From contig CBFDEM010000050.1 in the NCBI GenBank assembly GCA_965603825.1, forward strand, positions 434,001 through 498,000: a DNA stretch of 64,000 nucleotides, in the 5' to 3' direction. The position numbers were made by a program, and so were the translations under genes. This document shows, piece by piece, positions 1-10,898 of the stretch (position 1 is its first letter; every line of letters begins with the position of its first letter). The notes under the pieces were generated by a model. That model saw only the letters and a list, made by a program, of their open reading frames with translations. It had not been told where the DNA came from and searched no databases. The DNA is from Blepharisma stoltei ATCC 30299 (Eukaryota > Protista > Ciliophora).

Positions 1-3000
1 TTGGTACTAATAATCCCCTTCCAGCTTTAAGTACTTTGACTGTTGCTTTTACCAATGTTGATATATATAATACAGCCTGGTGGTCAGATTTAGATGGCTC
101 GACTGAAAAAGCGAGTGGCCTGTGCCATGTTACTCCAGCTATTTCTGGTGCGAGCTGTGAAGCAACCTCTGAGACCACTGCAACTGTAACATTTGCAGAA
201 GAATGAGCTAAAGGATCAGTATCATTTGTGGTATTAAGCAAGTTTATTGGAGAATCTCCAAAAGTTTATAAAATTACTACTTATTATGGTTCAACTAGCA
301 ATATTGTAGATCAAAGTGAAACCAATCCTGGTGAATTTGTGATTACCTCAGCGTCATCAACTAATTATAGGATTCCTGATGTTGCTTTGCATGCTCTTCC
401 TTCTTCAACTGCATCATATCCTCAACTTAATACTGGAAGTGGTTATAGTCCATATTCTCTATATAACTCCAATAATGTAAACCAAGGAGGACTAAATAGC
501 CAATCTATCTTTATTCGCACAACTCCAGGCAGCACAAATTCATGGGGAGGAACTTCTGGTGCTGCAGCTAGTTTAACTTTTTATTTCAACTGGGCAACAT
601 CAATTGAGTTTGATACTTTTAACTATGTCTATCTTGGGAGTACAATTAATGATTACATCAATACTGCTACTAGCTTAGGATCATCAACAGCTGGAGATCG
701 TGTCTTAGAAGCAGCAAGCCCTCCCACTTCTCCTATATTATCAAGCAAAAACAAAATTTCTGTATCATTTTCAGCCTCTTCAAGTTCTCCATCTGTAGCA
801 TATGGTAACTACTATATTTTAAGAATTTCGGACTCAGGTCTGCCTTTCATAGCATCCAACAAGGCAACTTTTTATGAAATCTGGGCAATAGCAACCTATG
901 CAGCCACGACTGAAATTGGCAGCTCAGTTATTTCAGTGCTTCCTCAGAAAACTTCATCAAAGCTCTATGCATTGCTAGCTTGCAATGACCAGCTTGATGG
1001 GATTCCGATCGTTGTCTACTTTGAGCCAATAAACACCAGCTTTGATTTTTCTTCCCATGCATACGCAATTGATATTGAAATAGGTAATGGATATGACTGA
1101 TATAAAGGATTTATGGGTACTGGTATTAAGATAACGGATAATGGTGGAACTTTGACTATCAATAGCCATTTTTTATCTTCTAGTTCTTCTGCTACTGCTA
1201 GCTATATATTTTCTGGGACAACACTAACTATTACTCTTAAAAATCTTGGATTTACTTCTATAAATACACCAACAAAGGTAACCACTTATTTTCCAAGTGC
1301 AGTTGCCTCGCTTGGCATAACTCATTTTTCAGTAAGCACATATTTTTATGTCGTCAAGCCATCTGATCCTTTGGCCAAACAAATTCTTTATAAATCTTCA
1401 TATACATCTTGGGATATTCAAACAACTCTTAAACCTTTTGACTCTTCTTCAGCAGGAGCAAAAACTTCAGATTCCTCCACCTGGTATATTGGAGCTTCAG
1501 AAGGTATCACAATATCCAACAAACTTAAAAGCAGCACTTCAGCAACTGCAATATCGTCTAACTATATGATTGGGATTGGTTTATCAGCAGGATTTACTTT
1601 TTCCTCAGTTCCTTCCTATTCTGTAGTAGTTGACACAGCAACAGCGGCAACTTCGCCTACCTCTACGACATATTATTTAAGCTCTTCAAGTGACTATGGA
1701 GCTGGTGGGTTTATTATGGCCTATGGATCATCATGGGGCTCTGCAGCACCTACTTCTGGTGGGATTGATTATAATCTAGCAGTTACCAATCTACAAAGTC
1801 CAAACCACTCTAGCTCAAGTACTTGGAATGTATGGGTGGCAGCCGATTCGCCAGGATTAGATTGCAAATATTCAAAATCTTATTCTGAAAATATCATCAT
1901 TAAAGAAGCAGCTTTGAACACACCTAAATGCTATTCTGATTCAGATACTATTATGGGAGCTAGTGCAGACTCTGTTAATCTGTCAATGAATTTTGAATTC
2001 TCTACTAAAATTAAGGTGCCAAAAGGCGGCTTCCTTAAATTTTCTTTAGAAAATTCATGGTCATGGCCATCCTCAGGCTACTCCTCATCCTCAATGCCAG
2101 CATCTTATTCAGTTTCCGGAAGTACCCTGACAGCTAGTCTTTATGCTGATCTTCAAATTGGGACATACACTATTGTGGTAAATGGAGTTCTACCTCCACC
2201 AAATAGTTGATCTTCTACCATTGAAAAAGACTGCTTTTATTCATTATCAACTCAAACCAGCCAAGGTGATAAAATCGAATTCTGGTATTCATCTGGAGCA
2301 TCTCAAACACGAATTACCTCATCTGCTTCTGTAGAACCTGGAAATTCTTATGTAACTATCAATTCATATCCAAGCTCCCCATACGTGGTAGTTGATATCT
2401 TACTTACTTTTTACTTCGACAAAAAAGTTCCTGCTGGCAGCTATCTTGAAATTTCCACCCCTATAGATGTGCCTTGGTCTTATCCTGCATGATCAGCTAC
2501 CATTAAAGACTACTGCTGAGCTAATGTTATATATAGCAGCTGCGCAGTTACTGATAGTTCTACAATTATTATGTACCTAGCTGAGCCTATACTTTTAGGA
2601 ACCACAATCAATATTTATCTCGATAGCGCAATAAAGTTTTCAGATCCAAACAAAGCAGGAGACTTTTTAATTTCTGCTTATTGGGGGCCTAACTCAATTC
2701 AAATTATAGATGGCTCATCTGGTATAGGTAAAAATTCAGTCAAGTTTTTAGTATATGATACGTATTCAATAGACTTAAGTGGCTGAAATGATATTAAAAC
2801 TGCTGGAGAGCTCTCAACTTATACCTTCGAGCTTGAATTGAAGGGATGAAATAGAATTAACTTTGGCGATTATCTTTATATTCAATTTCCAAGGGACTTT
2901 GACCCTTATATTGGAGATTCTGAGCAGTCCTATCGTGACTATCCATAGCTGATTTATTGAATGCAGCTCAAAAACACTTGGACAATCCTTAAATTGCACT

Positions 3001-5754
3001 GTAGATCATTGGTTCGTCATTGTGCAAAGTACAAATAATTATGGAAATTTGCAATTAGACTTATCTGTTAGAGGTGTAAGAAATCCAGGTCCTTTCAATA
3101 TGGGCTATTTTAAAGCATGGCACTATAGCGCAACTGGTAATCTTAAAGGCCTATCTTCTTCTACAGATCTTAAGATAATCCCTACTATGCCAGTGAACAA
3201 CATGAATCTTAAACCTATTTCTATTTCAAACAGTTCCTTAGCTGCTTCATCTGATTATAATTTTGATTTCTATTTAACTCAAAACTCAGCTTCAAGCTTT
3301 AGCTCTGCTAATACCTTCAACATTACGTTCCCTCAGCAATTTAATTCCATATCATATACAATTTGCAAATTAATGGTATTTGACGAAACATCAGCCACAG
3401 TTATGACTGAAGCAACTTGGACAGCTAATTGCACCTGCAAAGCAGTAAGAAATATTATAAGTCTAACTCCATTAGGTGTCACCCCTTTAGTCAAAACAAC
3501 AGATAGAATTCGTATTTCGCTAACTAATGTTAACAACCCCTCTTCTAGCTTGACAAGAACTACAGGCTGGGATATCACTGGCTCCTCATTCGGGCCTTCA
3601 TATATGTACTGATCTAACAGATTTGATATAATTGCAGTTGACTGAACCAACTACGTCCTTACAGGGAGGACTTATGGAAATCTTAACTCGGGATATGTAG
3701 GGTACGGCCAGTACAATCATACTACCCCTAGTAATCCTACTGATCCTACAAACCCTACTGATCCTACTGATCCTACTAATCCTACAAATCCTACTAATCC
3801 TACTGATCCTAATTACCCTGATCCTTCAAAAGTAAACATTGGTGGGACTGAAGACAATCAAATTATCAAGCTAATTCCTGGCACAGAAAGTGACGATATT
3901 TTAATCAAGCTCACCTCTGGGTCATCGAAAATTGGCTTAAGATCGCAAAAATTAACTCTTACGCCAAAAGTAAATTGTCTTGACCAAACCATAGCCAATG
4001 GTATAAAACTCACTTCACCCTATAACAATTGAATTGCGTTTCAATTGGATGAAGTTATAAAGTTCAGGGTGTCACTAGCGACTGGAACTCCCGCTGGGAC
4101 TTGCTATATAGGATGGACTTCAATAGAAAATTTACAAGATGGAGTTAGTGATTCCATTTATAATCCTTCTCAGGTCGTTACTGTTAGAGTTAGTGCTGTT
4201 GAAAAAATTGCAATTGGTGTTGATACTATTCCCACCCTTTATGCAGGCTACACAAGTATTCCAATTGCTGTTATACTTGCTCACGCTCCAGCATCTGATT
4301 TGAGTGTTACTCCAACATTTGGTGCTACAGCTTCAGGAATTTTTATAAACCCTGTCACACTTACATTTAGACCTAACACCCAATTTCTTTGATTTGAACT
4401 AAAAATTAATGCTAGTTACGATTTCACCCAGAAACCTAGACTTGATTTCTACCTGACTGGAACTGATGCAAATTCTTTCATTGCGCCTACTTCTCAATCT
4501 CTATTTGTCACATCTTATTCCTCTTCGTCACCTGCAAGATTAATTCTTACCCCTAATATTCTTACAGGTACTTCAATTACAATAACTGTAAGCTACAGCA
4601 AAAATGCTGCTATCTATTGAGGAATTGCATGCCAAGGCGCTCCTATACTTGACTTTACCGATCTTCAGGCACAGACACAAAGTCTTGTATCTCCAAGCTC
4701 TAGCCTGCTAAGTCTCTCAGAACAACTTGCAGCTGATTATCAAGCTACTGAGACCCATGTTGACTATACGAAAGACACTGATATTGGTTCTTTCTTCAGG
4801 AGAATTCACAGGAGCCACTGCCTAAACATATGGACTGGCGCAGTTCCCATTAGAGCTAAATTTGGGCTATTAGTAATTGCTTTAGACTGGCTTATGGATG
4901 GCACTTCCTACCAGTTTTATGCATATGCTGACGATAAAATTAGCACCCCAGCATTTGCATCTTGCGAATTTAAAACTTCAGCAACCCAGCCTGCATATTC
5001 TGCATCAGTTACTTTTCCGGGAAGTATTGCGGAAAATACGAGTGATAACATTAGACGATTCTTGGCGAAGAATATGGGAGTTAACCCTGATTGGCTTATT
5101 TCTGCGGGTGTCACTAACCCATCATCACCTTCAGGATCTTTAAGACTTTTAAAGAGTTCAGAAACGACTTCATATACAAGGTTCAATTACTGAGTCATTT
5201 ATGATAGAAGTAAGCCAAAATACTCACCGCAGTTCATTCTCAATAGTCTTGACCAAAATGGAGCCACTAGTGATCTGAGCTATTTGATTGGAGTTGCTCC
5301 AGCAGCTTTTGGAGTTCCTGTTTCTCTATCGATTGGTACAGCACCGACCTGGGTAACTGCCCCAGCTAAAACAACAGTATATGATTCAGGGGCCACATTT
5401 GTTGCAACCTCCTCACAAGATGGCCTTGTATGTGTATCTTGCTCTGATAACTGTTGAAACAAAACTGCTTACGCTTGGCAAGTTGTTGATGGGCTAGATT
5501 GTGAGTCTAGCGCTGCGTATGGAGCATGCGTCAATGTTACATCAGCAATTAGTACTTCGTTTGCAGTTTCTGGCCTTGCCCCTGGTACTATGTACTATTG
5601 CTTCTTCACTGCTTGCAATACCTACCCAATTAATCCTTCTTGCATTGATGCTGAACAAGGTAAGGGCTTGGTACGTATAACAATTACGACAACTAGCAAT
5701 GACATAGCAGTGTTGATTGATCTTTTATCGGCTATCTTCTTGATCTATAACTAA
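1..5754 (+). pseudogene. Giant Ser/Thr-rich surface protein paralogue A (5' end outside window; 2-nt frameshift at ~2946)
   Basis: ORF pieces 228, 1113, 2571 share one frame and 3022, 4045, 4894 share another when TGA=Trp. They are collinear with the 2262-aa protein down to the hydrophobic tail (DIAVLIDLLSAIFLIYN, TAA 5752-5754). At ~2946 the sequence reads CCA-TAG where paralogue B has CCA-AAT-AGC-TGA, i.e. 2 nt are missing (mutation or assembly error). Confidence 0.85.
3727..3825 (+). repeat. 9-bp coding minisatellite (CCT-ACT-GAT/AAT) encoding Pro-Thr-Asp/Asn repeats
   Basis: Directly visible: cctactgatcctacaaaccctactgatcctactgatcctactaat... The counterpart at ~13278-13362 has a different unit order, and the tract is absent from 26536-33324. 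Confidence 0.92.
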
Positions 5755-5818
5755 TAATTAATTCAAAATATATAATAAATAAAGAATCTATTATTTGTTA
5801 TTGTGAATTACTAATAAT

Positions 5819-5868
5819 TAAGACATTTTAGCATGGACAATTGTCTACTTTAAGTGTCTTTGGGGATA
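5819..5868. other. 48-bp TA-bounded near-palindromic indel (IES/MITE-like)
   Basis: Present in the 3' flank of A and absent at the matching site of B (~11270), which has a single TA. Its interior AAGACATTTTAGCATG-GACAATTGTC-TACTTTAAGTGTCTT is self-complementary. Confidence 0.6.
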
Positions 5869-6287
5869 TAATCCACACTAATAAAAATTTTTATTATCTT
5901 ATAAGTTCAAGATATTGCAAAGCATATTTTATATAGAGCACATAAAATATATTTCTTATGCCTGCATATTATTTTTATCAGAATGCCTATAAATTTTAAT
6001 ACAAAAGCTAAGAATTGGAATAATTCATATAAAAATTCAATATAATTTAGGCTATAATAAAATATCAATTATTATTTAGATGAGAGTTATAATTAGCAGG
6101 TAAGAGTAGTTAATATTGATTGAAATTTGAAAAAAGCTTAAGGTAGGGGCAATCTTAGTAAAAATCTTTTTATGAAATGTCCTTTAAGTGGAATGTGGCA
6201 ATAACTATTCCATTTAAATTGCATACGTTCTAATTCCTTAAAGTAAATATAAGCAAAATATCGGTAAGTTATGTTTGGAACCTTAGA

Positions 6288-9200
6288 TTATGTATTAACG
6301 ATCAAAGTGGAAGTGCCAATAGTCACAGAAGATGAAGAAGCAATAGATGTTTGATATGAGGCCTCATTAGATGTATCTCAAGTCTCGATTACATTGCCAC
6401 TGCTTGTCTTGGTTGAAAGTGCTGTGAAGCAGTCTTTATCAATACTATCAGGTCCTGGATTTACTGGTGGCATTACTCCAGCTGCTACCACATTGTATGA
6501 GCCTGCCTTAAGATCAGAAGTCAGTGTGGCTACTAAAATTGAGCCAGAAAGGGAATATAATGCGGAAAATGAGGCGATTGGAGATATTATGACAGTTGAT
6601 TTAGTGCCTGAATAAGCTTGACTATATCTACAATTTGCTCCAATATCTGAGGATACCCATACACCAAATATACTGTTTCCACTTTCAATAGAATAGTTTG
6701 GAGGCTGAACATTGCTAACTGCTAGGTTAAAACCAATAGTGCTTGAAGAACTGGCCATTAAAGAACCTCATGCGCTATGAGTATCATAAGCCATAATGAA
6801 TCCTCCATTGCCAGTATCACTTGAAGAATTAATATAGTAAGTTGAAGAAGGAGGGGAATTTTCAAAAGCTCCACCATTAGTTGCCGCAGAAAATATAGAA
6901 GCTGTTGAAAAAGTATATCCTTTTGGAAGGCTGAGTCCAATATAATCACCATTAAATATCGAATAGCCAGATATCTGAATTAATTGAGAAATGGTTACAC
7001 TTTGAACAGTGCCAACACTCCAAGATGACCCTGAGGTTTGCGCAGCTCCTATTGACGCAGAATCAAAATTTTGCAGAATAGTATTAATTGTCCACGTTGT
7101 TCATGTATTTTGGTAGAGAACTTGTCTAAGTGATGGATCAGATGATTTCGTGTAGTAGAAATATGTATTAAGGTTTAGATTTGTTTGGCCTAAGGTAGAA
7201 ATGGCACTTGGCAAGTAAGTTTTAACCGTTGATGATTCAGATACAGAAGTAGACCCAAGGCCTTTAAGAGTAATTGTTAGTTGGTTCCCTGAGACCGCAA
7301 AAGTAGCAGTAGGAGAAGAAGCAGTTGATAAGAAGTGAGTGCCAAGAGTCAAAGTTCCAGCATCGTTTGTTGCCATAATGCCAGTGCCCATAAATCCACT
7401 TGTGGAGCTGTATCCTTGATCAATTTCAATGTCAATTGCATATGATTGAGCAGAAAAATCATAATCAAAGTTTACTGGTTGAAAATAGTTTACAATTGGT
7501 ATTCCATCTAGCTGATCTTTGCATAATGGTAATGTATAGAATCTAGCAGCTCATGGTGTTTGAGGAAGAACAGAAATTACTGAGCTACCAATTTCAGTTG
7601 TAGTCGAATAGAATGCTTTTGCCCAGATTTCATAAAAGGTGCCTTTGTTGGAGGCTACATAAGGTAAGCTTGTTTTGTCTAACCCAGTGAATCTTACGAT
7701 GAGGTAGCTGCCAGGAGCAACAGCTGCAGAGTCGGATGAAAAAGCTATGAATACTTGATTGCTAGTAGAAGTTCCAGGAGTAATTGTAGGGCTAGCAGCA
7801 TCTAAATTTCGATCTGCCGCAGTTGATGATTCTAAATCTGTAGCAGTGTTGATATAGCAGTTTGCTGTGACTCCAAAACTGTCAATATAAACAGAGTTGA
7901 AATTATTGAATGAAACTGAGGATACTCTGTTGAAATAAAAAATTAAGCTTGCTGCAACACCGCTAGCTCCTCCCCATGTATTTGAGCTGCCTGGTGTAAC
8001 ACGAATGAAGATATCTTTACCTTTTACTCCAGCTTGGTTCTGGTCATTTGAGCTTGATATATAATATGGAATAATATTATTCACTGGAATAAGCTTAGGA
8101 TACTGAACAGTTCAATAACCAAGGGCATGCAAAGCTACATCAGGAATCTTGTACACAGTTGATGAAGTTGCTTTAATTATAAATAAACCTGGATTGTTTG
8201 CACTTTGATCTACGATTATGGAAGCTGATGGAGTATAATAGGTAGTGATTTTTGAAACTTGTGGAGTTAATCCAGAGAAATAGCTTAATACCACAAATGA
8301 TACTGATCCTTTAGCTTGGGCTTTCATAAATGTTACAGTTGCAGTGGTCGCATCAGTTGCCACACAGCTTGCGCCATCAATAAATGGAGTCACGTAGCAC
8401 AATCCTTTAGCTCTTAGAGTGGAACCATCAAGATCTGACCATCAAGCGGTATTGAATATATCGACACTGCTGAAAGTAACTACCAGGATGCTGTATGTAG
8501 GCAATGGATTGCTAGTTTCAACTTTAACTTTAGTATATAAGACCTGGCCTACAACAATAGAATTTGAAGGATAATTTTGACTTTCCCAGCTTGTAAAATA
8601 TGCTGATCCTGCAGTAGATCCTGGACCAGAGCTTGTGGCGTACTTAGCAAGCAATCTGTTTGTTCCGAATCTCCAAATATTAACAATCCAACTACTTGAG
8701 CTTGTGACAAACGCTGGTGAAGTAATAGAACTAACCTCAAGCTTTATGATATATGAATTCGAATTAGATCCCGAAGACACATAAGCGTCTGATGCAATTC
8801 CATAAATATAAATGCTGTCTGAAGCAACATCGCTATCGACTCCCGTTGCGACTCCAGTAGATGCAGAACTTTTTAGTCCAAGTGAACAAGGTAAATCACT
8901 GATATTCGTGTTGTCTGGGCCAATAAGAGGGTTTTGATCTCCTATTGATTTGCAGATTGGGCCTGTTTTTAGGACCCAATTTGAATCTGGGACAATTTCA
9001 ATGATATCATGAGCCCAAAGACTGAAGGTCAGTGTGAAATAGAATTCAAGAGTATTGTCAGTGTTAATTGTAGTGATAGTGCTGCTTGCAGCTCTAGAGA
9101 CAGTAAGAAAACTTGCTGATACTGAATTGGTAACCACAATGCATCCAAAATTGTAGTTTGCATCAACGATTTGCCCAGTTTGGCTGTGTCTAGTAACTAT

Positions 9201-9557
9201 TCCAAATGGACCATAAAGACCTGCGCTAGGGAGAGTTGTAGAATAAGTAGCACTAGCATCTTTACCAGACTTTAAGTTGTAAGAAGTAGAAAGAGTAACA
9301 GTTTTGGCTGGTTCTGTAGAATAAGTTGATGGGAAAATGATCTGAACTGTTGCTCCAGTCAAAGTAGTAGTAGGTCTGAAGTGAACTGTCAAGGTGACTG
9401 TTGATCCAGTATCAGTTTGGGTGAGTTCAATAGGGTTGTTAAACCAAGTATGTTTTGGCCAAGCAATTCTGCCAGGGTCTAAGCTTGAATTGTATTTCCC
9501 GAATGTCAAACAAGAAGCAAGCTGAATGAGTGCGATAAAACTTGCAAGATTTGCCAT
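6288..9557 (-). pseudogene. Surface protein paralogue C, N-terminal half only (1089 codons open with TGA=Trp)
   Basis: Starts with signal peptide MANLASFIALIQLASC. ORFs 9557, 8402, 8084, 7391 and 6758 are all in one frame. There is an internal deletion of roughly 55-60 codons near 6580 and a TAT>TAA stop at 6288-6290. Homology ends at ~6240, exactly at the inverted-repeat arm. It could still yield a secreted, anchorless product. Confidence 0.8.
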
Positions 9558-9586
9558 ATTGTGACGTATTTAAATAATTTTTATTA
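9558..9586 (-). promoter_or_regulatory. Conserved AT-rich leader upstream of ATG, shared with 26508-26535
   Basis: AATAAAAATTATTTAAATACGTCACAAT-ATG versus AATAAACATTATTTAAATAAGTCACAAT-ATG; the sequences diverge further upstream. Confidence 0.55.
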
Positions 9587-10898
9587 AAAGAGTAGAAATT
9601 TTTGTTGATATCGAATTCTTTTAGTGCTCCTTCACACGACGTCTATGTTTTTTCCTAAATTTGTTTAGTTATGCGTAAAAGACTACGACGATAATTCAGA
9701 AAATTATCAGTCGGCCTATTTAAAAAGTAATACAAAATATCAAAAAATCGTTTTATGGAATCTGGTTTATACTTATGCAAGCACTCCAAAGCATCAATTT
9801 GTTACAAGTAGAAAAGAAATCAATAAAAAGGCATATTTGTTGATGTAAAGTGGCTAGAAAATAGGCTATCATAGGATTTATAATAATTTATGTACCCATA
9901 TCAAAGTTTAAAATACCTCTATATGCATATAATAATTTAGAAGAGAGCAGCAAAAACATCAAATAATTAGAAAAAAATTCATCAGAACCACCAATTCAAT
10001 TTCTTTCAGTGCTAGACTAATTCAAAAGAAGCATAGGCCAAAAAACTATTTCTCTTCATGCAACTTTGGGAACAGTAAGCTTTTCAATATTTTTTTTGAG
10101 GATTTGGCAAATCAAATTTATTTTAAAGAAAAAGCATATATTAGCTTCATTGTATAAAAATTCGCTTGCAACCCTTAAATAATTTTAAATAATTACTATA
10201 AGGGAGAAAAACTAATATAGAATAGAAGCATCACTAATAGCTATTGTCAAGATCTTTTAATCTGTAGGCGAAGACTGATAAATAACCTTATGAGTAGATG
10301 CAAGCGTTAAGGTTGAATAATAGAAAGGAAATAAAGGTTTAAGATAAAAAGGAAAGGAAAATTTAATAAAAATTAATTTTTGCTTAAAATGGTAAAAGTC
10401 CTATAAATTGGCTAAGCTCACAATCAATACAATTAAAGTTGCAAGTGAGAGCAATATAACAATATACAATGATTTAAAAGAAATCCCTTGATACTTCTAT
10501 CGGGTAAAAGTCTTTTGAGAATCCATTTTACTTAAAATTAATTCTCAATTTTATTAAAAATTGAACCCTTGGGAACAAAATCTTTCAAAAATTGAGACAG
10601 AGAATTTCAAAAAGAAGATTGATGAACTATATAGGGTAGCAGCAAGAAGAGAAGACAAGATCAGAAATAAAAACAAAGAAGGAGTCTGTGTACTAAAAAT
10701 CAGATAAAATTATTTTTATATTATTCCACATTTAATGCAAGCAAATAAAAATAAGTCTACACATTGCTTTAAAAGTTTATTAAATTTGAATATTTCCACT
10801 CCATGACTGCTGTGCAGGAGGCAGCATTCTTTCTTACTCTGCCCTTAATTAATTCCTTTGTTAGCAAAAAAATAGTTGCTCACTGATGGGTGGAGGAG

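Larger units (their letters stand above)
1357..6240 (+). repeat. Left arm of ~4.9-kb inverted duplication (partner 10899-15733)
   Basis: Reverse-complement match to 10899-15733 through coding sequence and ~490 bp of 3' flank (ends ...GTTCTAATTCCTTA). Identity is high by eye, roughly 90% or more. Confidence 0.93.

Noticed and set aside
3727-3825. Short repeats resembling CRISPR or telomeric sequence
   Set aside because: In-frame 9-bp coding units without spacers; no cas genes and no CCCTAACA-type telomeric runs were seen.
4921-4940. YADD string in surface proteins A/B (AYADDK) resembling the RT motif
   Set aside because: It is part of the surface protein (AYADNK in the intact gene), with no other RT motifs.
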